Source: Eledone cirrhosa
Taxonomy: Eukaryota
Direction: 5' to 3'
Assembly (NCBI GenBank): GCA_964016885.1
Contig: OZ024745.1
Span: 94,674,001-94,738,000 of the forward strand
Length of the DNA: 64,000 bases
In this document: positions 12,097 through 25,037 of the stretch, in pieces
Numbering within the stretch: position 1 is the first letter of the stretch
Layout of the letters: every line of letters begins with the position of its first letter
Program-made: the position numbers and the translations under genes
Notes under the pieces: model-generated
The model's database searches: none
What the model saw: only the letters and a program-made list of their open reading frames with translations
What the model was told of the DNA's origin: nothing

Positions 12097-13513
12097 ATGT
12101 TTCTTTATTAGCCACAAGGGCACAAAAGAAGGGGACAAATACAAAGGGGGAAGTTTACATACAATAAAAACGTGTAAAATACTATCACAAATGCAATTTA
12201 AAAATTAATCGATTTTCCCCAATAGGGGGAGACATTACATATGGGTAACACATACCCCGAAAAAATGTGCAACCCTAATCTCCAGGAGTACGAAGAGTGA
12301 GTACCCCCTTCCTCTCTTCCTCTTTTTCCTCAACCTACAGGCTGATATAAAGAGAAGGCCCATTCACTCGGACCATTCTCGCCACTTTCACCCACCTTTC
12401 ATAAAACTTGCTGGGGTACAGCACCTCTCTCCGCATCCTGATTCTTCTTTCAAAGTGGTATTTGAAAAAAAGAATCAGTTGTTGGCCCGAGAGAAAGGTG
12501 TCTGACCTCAGCCCTTTTAACCTCGTCCACCATACAACCTCTTTCGCCATAGCTATCACACAAAGGAAAACCTCTCCTTCGTTTTTGAAGGAGGGTGGCG
12601 GTTTGATCATGACAATGGGCTCGGTGGTCAACCGGATTGGTCCCACCCGTGACAATAATCGTTCTACATAGCCCCACAGGTCGGTTACGCCCGGGAAGTG
12701 TACGAATGCGTGCGCGACGCTTTCTTCGTCTCGCACGCATCTCAGACAGATTTTTTTCGAAGGGTCGCCGCCCGGGCGCCCATGTCTGTATAGCTTGTCT
12801 CGAACTGGTAGAGCTCCTCGGTAGCACTGCCAGGCCAGGGACTTTTGGAAGTTGTCCATCGGTCCCGGGCGGAAGGTCCTACCGAACAGACTGGCCAGTT
12901 CGTCTTCCTCTACGCCTAGAGTTTCTCCGAGCGCGTCGCCGCACTTGCTGCGGACCAACCCTCTATAGAATGACAAAGTGGAGTCTCCACTGATCGCCGG
13001 GTCGCCTGCCAGAGGGCTGTGAGCACCTGAGCAATTCGATGTGCCAGTCGCCAATTTTACTCGGTTTTTTCTTGACCCAGGACTGCAGCTCGGTCAGCGA
13101 GACGAGTGTTGGGAAGGCTCGCCTGACGAACGGGGCCCACACCGGTTGTCCGGTGAGGAATACGTGGAGGTGCCGCAGCCTCAGCGCATGTTTGCGCATC
13201 GTCAGCCACGGCACCCCAGCCCTCTGTTGGAAGGGTGTTGGCAGCAGATGGATCTTCTCACCAAAGGAACCCGTTTCTTCCAAAGGAATTGGAAGAGTGC
13301 GCGCTCCATTTTGGTGAGCGTTTTGGCTGGACAAGGCACGACGGTCAAGCAGTAGTAGATGACGGACGCTATAAAAGTGTTCGCCACCTCCACCGCTCGA
13401 CCTTTCAAGGATAGTTTGCACTCGGCCCACTTCTGGGTGAGCGCAAACACATTGACCGTCACCTCATTCCAGTTCTTCTCCACCTGGAGGTCAGGACCAA
13501 ACCTTCCGTGCAG
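12097..13513 (-). mobile_element. Tx1-clade LINE copy 1, 5'-truncated (same family as 19408-25255)
   Basis: Frameshifted ORF2 C-terminus (ORFs 13202..13483 and 12335..13054); AATAAA at 12104-12109 (-); (GATA/GA)n on both sides. Confidence 0.92.
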
Positions 13514-13779
13514 AGATAGAGACAGATAGATAGAGAGATATAGAAATAGAGATAGATAGATATATTTCTTTATTTACCATAAAGGCATAAAAAGAAGGGA
13601 CAAATGCAAAGGGGGAGTTTACATATAATCGAGTAAAAAGGGTGTAACATGAAAATAATCGAAAATAACCTCAAAAGGGAGGGGACGTGATAGGGGTTGC
13701 ACACACCCCCGAAAAAGTGTGCAATCCTTTGCCCGGGGAGCACATGGAGAAGGTGCTCCCCTCTCCTTTACTTCTTTAC

Positions 13780-16700
13780 CTACAGGATGGTATACAGAGA
13801 AGGCCCATTTACACGAGCCATTCTCGCCACTATCACCCACCTTTCATAAAACTGCCTGTGGCCAAGCACCTCTCTCTCCATTCTTATCCTTCTTCCGAAG
13901 TGATATCGGAAGAAGTAGACCAGACTATGGCCAGAGAGGAAGTTGCCTGACCTCAGACCTTTCAATCGTGTCCACCAAACAACCTCTTTCAACATGGCTA
14001 TTACGCACAGAAAAACCGCCTTTGCTTCCTTTGTGAAGAGGGGAGGCGGCTTGATTGTCATCACGGACTCGGCGGTCAATTTAATCGGCGCCACCCGCGA
14101 CAGCAGTCGTTCGGCGTAGCCCCACAGATCAGCCACGCCCGGACATTGCACCAATGCGTGCGCAACGGTTTCTTCGTGACGCACGCATCTAGGGAAAATC
14201 TTTTTTGAGGGATCCCTGCCCGGGCGCCCGTGTCTGTAGAGCCTCTCTCGAACGGGTAGAGCCCTCCGGTAGCACTGCCAGGCCAGTGACTTCTGGAAGT
14301 TGTCCATTGGTCCTGGGCCGAAAGTCCTACCGAACAGGCTGGCCAGTTCGTCTTCTTCCACGTCCAGCGACTCTCCAAGGGTGTCATCGCCCCTGCTAGC
14401 CACCAGCCCTCTATAGAATGATGAGGTGGATTCTCCACCGATGGCCTGGCCCGCTTGCCAGAGAGTCCTGAGCGCCTGAGCACACTCAGTGTGCCAGTCT
14501 CCCAGTTTTCCGGATCTTTGCTTGACCCAGGACTGTAGCTCGGTGAGCGAGACGAATCTCGGAAAGGCTCGTTTCACGAACGGAGCCCACACCGGTTGAC
14601 CAGTGAGGAATACCTGTAGGTGCCGTAGCCTTAATGCGTGCCTACGCATCATCAACCACGGCATCCCCAGCCCTCCTTTCGAAGGTTGTTGGCAGCAGAT
14701 GGATCTTCTCACCATAGGAGGGCGCTTCTTCCAAAGAAATTGGAAGAGCATGCGTTCCATGGTGGTGAGTGTTTCCTTAGGGCAAGGCACGACAGTCAGG
14801 CGGTAGTAAGTGACGGACGCTATGTAAATGTTCGCCACCTCCGCCCGGCCATTTAGGGAAGGCTTACACTTGGCCCATTTCTGGGTTAGTGCAAACACCT
14901 TGTTCGTAACCTCGTTCCAGTTCTTTTCCACCTGGAGGTCCGGTCCAAACCAGACCCCAAGCAACTTTACCGGGCCCTCCGTCCAGTGTCCGACGACACC
15001 GTCAGGAGGCATCGATCTGCCTCTCCACGTTCCGAGTTGCAGCCCAATGGATTTTTCCCGGTTCAGTTTCGCCCCTGACAACCTTTCGTACTCCTCCAGT
15101 AAGGTACCGATCGCCTCGATCTCCGAGTCGGTCGATACCATTACTGTTACGTCATCGGCGTAGGCCGACACCGCTTTGCTCAATCCTGGTTCCAGGGGGA
15201 TACCCTGCAACAACTCCAACTTCCTCAGTAAAGGCTCGAGAGTCAATACGTACAGAAGGGAGGAGAGAGGGCACCCCTGTCGAATGGATCGTGTGATTTC
15301 GAACGGCTTCGAAAGGTAGCCGTTCACCTTGATCATAGAACAGATGTGGTTGCTATGTAAGGCAGTGATCCAGCCTCTGAAAACAGGACCGAACCCAGCT
15401 GCCGCTAGCACCGCATCCAGGTAACCATGGTCGACCCTATCGAAGGCCTTAGACTGATCCAAGTTGATCAGGGCCCCACCGAAGCCGGGTTTGTTGCCAA
15501 CCCTCTCTATGATGTATCGCATGAGGTGGAGGTTATCGTGAATGGACCTGGATGGGATAGCACATGTCTGCGCATCTCCCACCAGGCCACCCACGACAAG
15601 TGCCAACCTCTTTGCTAACACCTTGGCCAAAATCTTTAACTCTGTGTTTAGCAGGGTTATGGGCCGAAAATTATTTATACTATCTCCCTTGTTCTCGTCC
15701 TTCCTCACCAGCGTGACTACGCCCTTGGCTACAGAACAAGGAATTCTCCCGTTCTGCTGCCAATTGCAGTAGACCGCTTCGAGGAGTTCGGAGAAGAAGA
15801 CCGGCATTGCTAAATAAAGTTCGTAAGGTATACCATCGAGACATGGAGATTTGCGTCTGCTGCATTGGCTCAGCGCATCTCCGATCTCATCAGCCGAGAT
15901 TGGTCCCTCGCAGGACTCTGCCTCTTCGCTCGAGAGACGCGGTAGGCCGTCGAGGTATGGACCGAAATCCACGCCCCCGCCCGGACCCTCGCCTCCCCCG
16001 AACAATCGGGCAAAGTGTCTTTGAAAGGCCTCGCACATCTGCTTAGGCTCCCGGATCACCCGTCCATCTTCGTCTTGCAACGACCGGATGGTGGATCGAT
16101 TTCCACTCTTAGCTTCTGTCACGCGGGCCCAGCCAACGGCTTTGGCCCCCTCATTACCTAGAGCACGTATTTTACTTCGAATGACACAGCCTTCGTGCTT
16201 TGCATCGAAAAACTGGTTCAAGGCCGTCCTCGATGCCAGCACTCTGGCCACATCTTCGCTCTTGATTGCCTCTTCTAATTTACCTGTTAATTCTTTCTCG
16301 TTTCTATTCCTATCGGCAGCTAACATCTTGCTATAACTTATTAATTCTGTTCTAATCTCTCTTTTGAGAGATGCCCACCATCGGTTGTTGACGATTGCAC
16401 CCGTCAACCTCTCCTTAACTAATCTGCTAATCCGGTTTCTGTAAGTCTCTTTTGCCGGTAAAGACAAATTAAGTTTCCAGTAACCGGGACCCTGGTTATG
16501 TGTTTTCTCGAGATTGACTACGCAGGTCACTAATTTGTGATCCGCGTAGCCAACCGTGCGCATTTCTGGACAGCTTAATATGTCCCTATCCTTACTTCTA
16601 ACTAAGAATCTATCTAAGCTCATCTAGATTGACCACTGTGGTTTCTCCAAGTCCAGGTAGGCACAGTTGGAAAATCTAGTCGATATCTATCGACCAAGTT

Positions 16701-17217
16701 AAAACGGTCGAGTAACCCCTTGAGGCTGTTACACCCCCCTCTATTAGGACATGCTCCTGCATAGTCCCAACGTGCATCTAGGATGTCGTTCCAATCCCCC
16801 GCTAGAAGCAGGGAACGCGACGTTCCCAGAAAAGTCTCCAAACGCTGGAAGAAGTCGGGCCGTTCAGCTCCGAAAGGGGAGTAGACGGCGACCAGTCTCA
16901 AGGCCGCACTTTCACTACTGCCAACGTCTAGCACCAACAAACGACCCTCCGGGTCCGAGTGCACAACCTGTACGGCAAGACCCAGGTGTTTTTGCAGCAG
17001 TGCGACAACCTCCACCCCCACCTCCAGGTTGACAGAGAGATGCATGCACCTCAAAGTCATCGAAGGTGGGGGCCAGCTGCCGCACGACGCTGATTCGAGT
17101 CTCACAGATAACCATTACATTTATACTACATGACCTGAGGTCATTTAGAAGCTTTGCTTGCTTCCAAGTTGAGCCCAGGCCACGTGCATTCAAACATCCT
17201 ACTCTTAACACATCCAT
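13780..17217 (-). pseudogene. ORF2 of copy 2: APE endonuclease + RT + C-terminal Cys/His domain, frameshifted
   Basis: Pieces 16915..17217, 16620..17105 and 13780..16623; motifs LNARGL, AGDWN, ADH, NFRPITLLN, DQSKAFDRV, IRQGCPLS, YADD, CVRHEETVAHALVQC. Confidence 0.95.
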
Positions 17218-17250
17218 GTGGGCGGCAGAGCCAAAGGAGAGTGTAGAGAC

Positions 17251-19150
17251 CTACCTTTCCGCTTCCCGGGGTTCGGGTTGCACGACTTCCATGGGGTCGG
17301 GGGTGTTGGGTGAAGGGGTGTCTTGTGGTGGTGTGGGGTCGTCAGTGTGTGGTGGGGTTGGGGTGTTTGGAGTTGTGTTGGGGAGGGGAAGGGGAGGGGG
17401 AAAGCTTTTTAGTAGGACGCGGTTTATGGGTTTGACAGAGGGTGGTCCTACGTCCTCCTTAAAATCCTTTTTTAGTTTTTGGTAGAGGTTCATTGGGATC
17501 TTTATTAATTTTAAATGTGGGTAGTTTTCTGAAGAAACAAAGTTTACACCTTCGGTTTGTACTGAAGGATTATTGTATATGAGTTCATTTAATTTATTAT
17601 TGTTTCTGTTGATCTAAGTATAGTGTAATGTCTTTTTTTCGGATGGTGTGAGTGTTTCGAAGAGGGGAGGGGCAGGTTTGGTTTTGTTTGTTGCTGGAGG
17701 GGTGTTTTCTGTTTTGTTGGATTGTGTTGAGATTTGGGTGGGGGTTGTTTGGCCTTGTGTGTTTTGCACATGTTTTCTTTTTTTCCTTTTAATCTGTCTG
17801 AAGGACTCCGTTCCTTCCTCCGAATTCGTTGGGTTATCTTCAGTGTTGGAGGGAAGAGGTATGTTTGCTGGTAATGTTTCCGTGTTGGTTTTCTTTGTGG
17901 GGGAGATGGATGTCACTATGTTAGACTGTGTTGTGTGTCGTGTCTGCGGTCGTTGTGTTGTTTTATTGAGTGAGAGGTTGGGTGGGCCTGTATTTTGTTT
18001 TGGGGTAATGTGTTGTGACTGTTTGTGTTGTGGTGGTGGTGTGGTTTTACTGAGGGACGGGTTGGGCGGGACTGAGTTTTGTTGTTTGTTTATCTGTTGT
18101 GGTGGTGGTGGTGGTGGAGCTGGTGTTGGTAGCAGGGTTTTCTTTTTGTTGAGTTGGGGACAAGTGGCCTTCAGGTGCCCTCTGCCTGCACAGATATGAC
18201 AGGACGGCCTTCTCCCCTCCACGCTAATGTTTATATACCCGTGGTCCTCTAATAGGATTCCGTCGGGTATTTGGGCGATGCGTTCAGGCTTCATTTGCAC
18301 TACCAGCTCTATACCTGTTCCACTGAACGCATTGCCTGTGGTTTTCCCAATGGAAATCACGTTGTCATTCACTGGATCGATGAAGCCAGCTATGAGCCAG
18401 CAGTAGTCCACATCTGGCATCATTGCATTCAGCCATATGCGTTGAGTTCTTTTAACCATATAAGATTGATAAAAGATAAAATTTTTCGAACGAATCGGTG
18501 ACAAAGCACATTTTTTTGCCGCCGATTCGTTCTTCATGATAATTGCTAGGCTTCCATACAGTCTGTCTTTTCTTATGAAAGTGGTTTCATTAAGCACTTC
18601 TGTGAGTACTGTTTTGATATCTGCTTGAGAAGGCTGTTCAGGTTTTTTTGTACTGCTGTTGATGGTCCGAAACTTGACCGTTCGGCTTTCAATGTCTTTG
18701 GTGAATTCTTGAGGCATTTTTACCGATAAAATACCATTCTCTCCTTCACTTATGTATTGTTTGGCGTCTGTGATCCTTCGTGCCACATCTGAAATATTTT
18801 CCGGTATATAAGTCAAAGATTTCTTTGTTTTCTGTGCAAATGAAATCTTGTCGTCTGCTTTGCTTTCTGTTATGGTGTTATTTTCAAATGTTATTTTTGT
18901 GTTTGTTGTGTCTTTGTTTGTGTTATTAATATTGTCATGCAATTTTTCAAATTTTTTTTTTCTCGTTGTTGGAATCCATGTCCAGATTTGTGTTTTCGTC
19001 ATTTTTTTTCTCCGCAGATTCGTCTGTTTTTATTTTAATTTTTCCTTCCTTCTCTATGACGTTAGTTGGGAAGGAAGGGGGGACTAAAGCGTGCGAGCTT
19101 ACAACTCTTACCGCTGTCCCACCACCACTATTTTCGTTCGCTGCGTTTAA
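17251..19150 (-). pseudogene. ORF1 of copy 2 (gag-like, CCHC zinc knuckle), frameshifted
   Basis: CHICAGRGHLKATC in 17614..19002. The N-terminal (MLNAANENSGGG) and C-terminal (17251..17493) pieces align with ORF1 of copy 3. Confidence 0.88.
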
Positions 19151-19713
19151 CATTTCTGTTAGACGATTGAAATTTTTTTGCCACAAAATTTTAAAAACAG
19201 GTTTTTCACCTCTAGGAGGGGTAAAGATGAGCTGACCCACCGCCTGACAGTTCAGACGGGGGGTCAAGCTACACAATTGTATCAAAATTAAATTTGAACT
19301 CACAAAATTTCCGCAATAAATTTGAACAAAACTTCTGCGCGAAGTGAATTACATCCACACTGTAGAACAGACGACAGCTAGATTAGAGATAGATAGATAG
19401 ATAGAGATATATTTCTTTATTAGCCACAGGGGCACAAAAGAAGGGGACAAATACAAAGGGGGAAGTTTACATACAATAAAAACGTGTAAAATGTTATCAC
19501 AGATGGAATTTAAAAGTTAGTCGATTTTCCCCAATAGAGGGAGACAGTTTATATGGGTAACACATACCCCCGAAAAAAAATATGCAACCCTCATCTCCAG
19601 GAGTACGAAGAGCTTGTACTCCTTTCCTCTCCTCCTCCTTTTCCTCAACCTACAGGCTGATATAGAGAGAAGGCCCATTCACTCGGGCCATTCTCGCCAC
19701 TTTCACCCACCTT

Positions 19714-22700
19714 TCATAAAACTTGCTGGGGTACAGCACCTCTCTCTCCATCCTGATTTTTCTTCCAAAGTGGTATTTGAAAAAAAAGAATCAGTTGTTG
19801 GCCGGAGAGAAAGGTGTCTGACCTCAGCCCTTTCAACCTTGTCCACCATACAACCTCTTTCGCCATAGCTATCACACAAAGGAAAACCGCCTCTCCCTCG
19901 TTTTTGAAGGAGGGTGGCGGTTTGATCATGACAATGGATTCGGTGGTCAACTGGATTGGTCCCACCCGCAACAATAGTCGTTCTACATAGCCCCACAGGT
20001 CAGTGACGCCCGGGCAGTGTATGAATGCGTGCGCGACGGTTTCTTCGTCTCGCACGCACCTCGGACAGATCTTTTTTGCAGGGTCCCTGCCCGGGCGCCC
20101 ATGTCTGTAGAGCTTGTCTCGAACTGGTAGAGCTCCTCGGTAGCACTGCCAGGCCAGGGACTTTTGGAAGTTGTCCATCGGTCCCGGGCGGAAGGTCCTA
20201 CCGAACAGACTGGCCAGTTCATCTTCCTCCACGCCTAGAGTTTCACCGAGCGCGTCGTCGCACTTGCTGCGGACCAACCCTCTATAGAATGACGAAGTGG
20301 AGTCTCCACTGATCGCCGGGTCCGCCTGCCAGAGGGCTGTGAGCGCCTGAGCACATTCGATGTGCCAGTCGCCCATTTTCCTCGGTCTCTGCTTGACCCA
20401 GGACTGCAGCTCGGTCAGCGAGACGAGTCGTGGGAAGGCTCGCCTCACGAACGGGGCCCACACCGGTTGTCCGGTGAGGAATACGTAGAGATGCCGCAGC
20501 CTGAGCGCGTGTTTGCGCATCGTCAACCACGGCATCCCCAGCCCTCTGTTAGAAGGGTGTTGGCAGCAGATGGATCTTCTTACCAAAGGAGCCCGCCTCT
20601 TCCAAAGGAATCGGAAGAGGGCGCGCTCCATTTTGGCGAGCGTTTTGGCTGGACAAGGCACGACGGTCAAGCGGTAGTAGATGGCGGACGCTATAAAAGT
20701 GTTCGCCACCTCCGCTCGACCTTTCAAGGATAGTTTGCACTCGGCCCACTTCTGGGTGAGTGCAAACACCTTGGCCGTCACTTCGTTCCAGTTCTTCTCC
20801 ACCTGGAGGTCCGGACCAAACCAGACCCCGAGCAGCTTTACCGGTCCTTCCGTCCAGCGTCCGACGACGCCATCGGAAGGCATCGGTCTGCCTCTCCACG
20901 ATCCGAGTTGCAAACCGATGGACTTGTCCCGGTTCAGCTTCGCTCCTGTGAGACTTTCGTATTCCTTTAGTAAGGTGCCGACTTCCTCGATTTGCGAGGC
21001 GCTCGACACCATTACTGTCACGTCGTCGGCGTAGGCCGACGCCGCTTTCGGCAGTCCCGGTTCCAGAGGGATGCCCTGCAATAGCTCCAGCTTCCGCAGT
21101 AGTGGCTCGAGAGTCAGTACGTACAGAAGGGAGGAGAGAGGGCATCCCTGTCGAATGGATCGCGTAATATGGAACGGCTCCGAGGGGTAACCGTTCACCT
21201 TGACCCTTGAGTAGATGTTGCTGTTGTGCATTGCAGCAATCCAGCCCCTGAACACGGGTCCGAAGCCTGCCGCCTCGAGCACCGCATCCAGGTAACGATG
21301 GTCAACCCTATCGAAAGCCTTAGACTGATCCAAGTTGATCAGGGCCCCACCGAAGCTGGGTTTACACCCTACCCTCTCTATGATGTATCGCATGAGGTGG
21401 AGGTTGTCGTGTATGGACCTGGTCGGGATCGCGCATGTCTGCGCTTCTCCCACCAGGTTCTCGACGACAAGCGCCAGCCTCTTTGCCAACACCTTGGCCA
21501 AAATCTGTAACTCTGTGTTTAGCAGAGTTATGGGCCGGAAGTTGCCTATGTCATCCCCCTTATTCTCGTCCTTCCTGATTAGTGTGACCACGCCCCCGGT
21601 TACAGAACTGGGAATTCTCCCGTTCTGTTGCCAGTTGCAGTAGACCGCTTCCAGGAGACCGGAGAATAAGTCCGGCATTGCTACGTAAAATTCGTAGGGT
21701 AGACCGTCGAGACCTGGAGATTTGCGTTTGCCGCATTGGCTCAGCGCGTCCCCTATCTCAGTGGCTGAAATCGGCTTTTCGCAGAACTTCGCCTCGCTGT
21801 CCGAGAGTCGCGGTAGGCCGTCGAGGTATGGACCGAAATCCATAGCCTCTCCCGGCGCGCCGCTCCCCCCGAACAGCCGAGCAAAGTGCCGCTGAAAAGC
21901 CGCACACATCTGCTTCGGCTCACGTATCTCGCGTCCGTTTTGGTCCTTCAAAGACCGAATCGTGGACTTGTTGCCACTTTTTGCCTCCGTCACTCGGGCC
22001 CAGCTAACAGCTTTGGCTCCCTCGTTTCCCAGAGCACGTATTTTGCTTCTGACAACGCAGCCCTCGTGCTTTGCGTCGACGAACTGGTCCAAGGCCGTTC
22101 TCGTTGCTAGCACGCTGGCTACGTTGCCACTTCTAATTGCCTCTTCTACTTTATCTACCAGTTCCTTCTCGGTTCTATTTCTATCTAACGCTAATTCTTT
22201 ACTAAAAACTATCGAGTCTAATCTAACTGCCCTCTTGAGAGAGTACCACCATCTGTTGTTGACAATGGCCCCTGTCAAGTGCTGTTTAACTAAAGTGCTA
22301 ATCCGTCTACTGTAGGCTTTGCTTGTCGGTAACGACAAGTTCAGCTTCCAGTAGCCGGGTCCTTGTCTATGGGTTCTATCAAGGTTGGCCATGCAGGTCA
22401 CTAGTTTGTGATCTGAATAGGCAACCATGAACATTTGTGGACAGCTTAACATGTCCCTATCCCTATTTCTAACTAGAACCCTATCTAGGTACGATCTAGA
22501 TGTTCCGCTACGATTACTCCACGTCCACAGTGGCGCAGTCGGAAAATCTAGTCGATATCTATCGGCCAGGTCAAATCGGTCGATTAACTGTTTGAGGCTG
22601 TTACACCCCCCTTTATCGGGACATGCTCCCACATAGTCCCAACGTGCATCTAGGATTCCATTCCAGTCCCCCACTAAAAGCAAGGAGCGGGACGTTCCCA

Positions 22701-23088
22701 GAAAAGTCTCTAGACGTTTGAAGAAGTCTGGCCGCGGTGTCCTGGATGGGGCATATGCGGCCACCAGCCTGAACGCTCCACCTTCACTACCGTCAACGTC
22801 TAGGACCACCAGTCGACCCTCCGGGTCCAGATGTACCGTCTGTGTTACGAGGCCCAGGTGTTTCCGCAGCAAAACGGCAACTCCGCCCCCACCCCCCGGT
22901 TGACAGAGAGATGCGTAGATCTCAAAGTCATCGAAGATGGGGGCCAGCTGTCGCTCGCCGTGGATCCTGGACTCGCAAATGGCTACCACATCCAAACTGT
23001 GCGACCTGAGGTCGTTTAAGAGTTTGCCCTGTTTCCAGGGCATCCCCAGGCCGCGTACGTTCACACATCCAACTCTTATATTGGCCAT
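19714..23088 (-). CDS. ORF2 of copy 3, 1124 aa APE endonuclease-reverse transcriptase; nearly intact (frameshift in a T run near the C-terminus)
   Basis: VNVRGL, VGDWN, YLDR, SDH, KSPGLDG, QGCPLS, YADD, CPRC...HAFIHC. Confidence 0.95.
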   Translation of the reverse strand: MANIRVGCVNVRGLGMPWKQGKLLNDLRSHSLDVVAICESRIHGERQLAPIFDDFEIYASLCQPGGGGGVAVLLRKHLGLVTQTVHLDPEGRLVVLDVDGSEGGAFRLVAAYAPSRTPRPDFFKRLETFLGTSRSLLLVGDWNGILDARWDYVGACPDKGGCNSLKQLIDRFDLADRYRLDFPTAPLWTWSNRSGTSRSYLDRVLVRNRDRDMLSCPQMFMVAYSDHKLVTCMANLDRTHRQGPGYWKLNLSLPTSKAYSRRISTLVKQHLTGAIVNNRWWYSLKRAVRLDSIVFSKELALDRNRTEKELVDKVEEAIRSGNVASVLATRTALDQFVDAKHEGCVVRSKIRALGNEGAKAVSWARVTEAKSGNKSTIRSLKDQNGREIREPKQMCAAFQRHFARLFGGSGAPGEAMDFGPYLDGLPRLSDSEAKFCEKPISATEIGDALSQCGKRKSPGLDGLPYEFYVAMPDLFSGLLEAVYCNWQQNGRIPSSVTGGVVTLIRKDENKGDDIGNFRPITLLNTELQILAKVLAKRLALVVENLVGEAQTCAIPTRSIHDNLHLMRYIIERVGCKPSFGGALINLDQSKAFDRVDHRYLDAVLEAAGFGPVFRGWIAAMHNSNIYSRVKVNGYPSEPFHITRSIRQGCPLSSLLYVLTLEPLLRKLELLQGIPLEPGLPKAASAYADDVTVMVSSASQIEEVGTLLKEYESLTGAKLNRDKSIGLQLGSWRGRPMPSDGVVGRWTEGPVKLLGVWFGPDLQVEKNWNEVTAKVFALTQKWAECKLSLKGRAEVANTFIASAIYYRLTVVPCPAKTLAKMERALFRFLWKRRAPLVRRSICCQHPSNRGLGMPWLTMRKHALRLRHLYVFLTGQPVWAPFVRRAFPRLVSLTELQSWVKQRPRKMGDWHIECAQALTALWQADPAISGDSTSSFYRGLVRSKCDDALGETLGVEEDELASLFGRTFRPGPMDNFQKSLAWQCYRGALPVRDKLYRHGRPGRDPAKKICPRCVRDEETVAHAFIHCPGVTDLWGYVERLLLRVGPIQLTTESIVMIKPPPSFKNEGEAVFLCVIAMAKEVVWWTRLKGLRSDTFLSGQQLILFFQIPLWKKNQDGERGAVPQQVL

Positions 23089-23121
23089 GTTGGTGCTGAA
23101 AAGTTAAAAGAGGAAAAGAGA

Positions 23122-25037
23122 TCACTCACCCTTCGCCTCCTGGGGACCAGGCCGCACGATTTCCATGGGGGTGTTGGAGGGGTTGTCTGGATGGGTGGTG
23201 GTTTCCGGCGGGGTGGGGACGCAGATGTTTGGTGGGGTGGGGTCTGGTGGGATGGGGGTGTCTGGGGTGGGGAGGCATTTGAGAAGGACGCGGTTGAGTG
23301 GTTTCACGCAGGAATTCCCCACATCCTTCTCAAATGTTTCTTTTAGGGACCTATAAGTTTGTATAGGGACCCTAATCAGTTTTAGGTTCAGTTTTTTGCT
23401 ATTTTTTATAGAGTGGGCGAAAGTTTTCCCTTCGGTGAAAACCGAAGAGTCGTTCGTGATGGTCTCCATTAGTGTTTTGTTTTCAGTGTTTATGTAAGTG
23501 TAAGTGTAATTTTCTTGTGTTGTGTTTGTTTTTGTCTGTAGTTCTTGTGTGTGCTTTCGTTTTGTTGTAGGTATTTTGTTTTCAGGAGGTGGGGGTTTTG
23601 TTTGTGATATTTGTGTTGTTTGTGTTGGTGGTTGTATGTTTGTGGTAGTGTTTGCTGGTTTTTTGCTTTTGTGATGTCTTTTCTTTCTTTTCGAGCGATG
23701 GGGTTCTCCCTCGTCTTCACTGGGTGATGGCGAGATAGCCTCATCTGTTGTATCGTCTGTGTGATTGGGGAGGGGTATGTCTTGGGGAGCTGTTGTGTCT
23801 GTATGTGATTTTGCAGTGGTTTTAGGTGGAGTGAGGTTGGGTGGGACTGTGTTTGTTGTGGTTATTTTTGTGTGTTGGTGTTGTTGTTGTTGTGGTGGTG
23901 TTGGTGGTTGTGTTGTTTTGATGGGTGTCGGCAGAAGAGCCTTTTTTTGGTTCATTAGTTTAGGACAGGAAGCCCTCAGGTGACCCCTGCTAAAGCAATG
24001 GTAACATGAAGGCCGCCTACCCTCAACCGAAAGGTTTATGTAGGTAAGTCCGTCCAGGAGTACACGCTGTGGGATCATAGCTATTCGCTCTGGGCTCATT
24101 TGCACCAGAACTTCAATGCTAGTCCCATTGAATACATCTCTGGGGGACTTTCCTACTGACAGTATTCTGTCTTCATCAAAATTGATGAAGCCGCACAGTA
24201 TCCACCATATGTTCACCTTTGGTGTGACACTTGTGATTCTGATCTTTTGTGTCCTTTTTCCCATGTATGTAGGGAAAAAGGTGTACAGGTTGGATACAAT
24301 TGGCGACACAGAGTAATTTTGGGCCGTCAATTGATCCTTCATCAGTACCGAAATACTCCCAAAAAGTTTGCTTCTTTGAATGAATGCAATATGATTCATT
24401 GAATCTTTGAAAACCAGTTCAATATCTTTCTGTGACAATTGGACTGGTTTTCGGGTAGAATTGGAAACTGTCCTAAAAACTATCGTTTTGAGAGCAGTTT
24501 CCTTGCGAATTTCTACCGGAGAATTGATGCTGAAAGCACCATTTTTTTCGAAGGTGACATATCTCTTAGCGTCCTTTAAAAGGTGTTCAGCATTTGTTAT
24601 GTCGAGATATATCAATTGTTCTTTCTTTTGAACTTTCTCCGCAAAGGAGATTTTTGGTTTCTTTGTGGAATCCGTATTGGTGGTGTTATCATTATTGTTG
24701 TTATTCTTGTTGTTATTCTTGTTGTCACCGATGTTGGTATCATCCGTATTTTCCTTGGTGTTGTTGTTGTCTTTGATGCTGGTGTTATTGGCGTTGTCTT
24801 TATTTTTTTCTTTGTTGTTGTTATCATTGTTGCTTTTATCATCATTATTGGTTTTGCTGTTATTTTTGTTGTCATTGAGCTGTTTGGTGTCATTTGTGTT
24901 GTTTGGATGTGAATTCGTTTTTTATTTTCATTTTGTCTTTCCATCTCTATAGTATCTAGTGAAGAAGACGTTGTTGACTGCGAGCTTTGTAGTCTTACCG
25001 CCTCTCCACCACCATTATCGTTGGACGCAGCGTTCAT
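23122..25037 (-). pseudogene. ORF1 of copy 3 (CCHC knuckle, Pro/Thr-rich), frameshifted N-terminus
   Basis: 23122..24615 contains CYHCFSRGHLRASC; 24612..25037 starts MNAASNDNGGG. Confidence 0.88.

Larger units (their letters stand above)
13561..19376 (-). mobile_element. Tx1-clade LINE copy 2, full length, second family
   Basis: 5'UTR, ORF1, ORF2 and 3'UTR with AATAAA at 13569-13574 (-); bounded by (GATA)n. Confidence 0.93.

Noticed and set aside
12408-24952. Plus-strand and alternative-frame ORFs over the Tx1 elements
   Set aside because: Antisense or shadow frames of GC-rich ORF1/ORF2 with no independent motifs.
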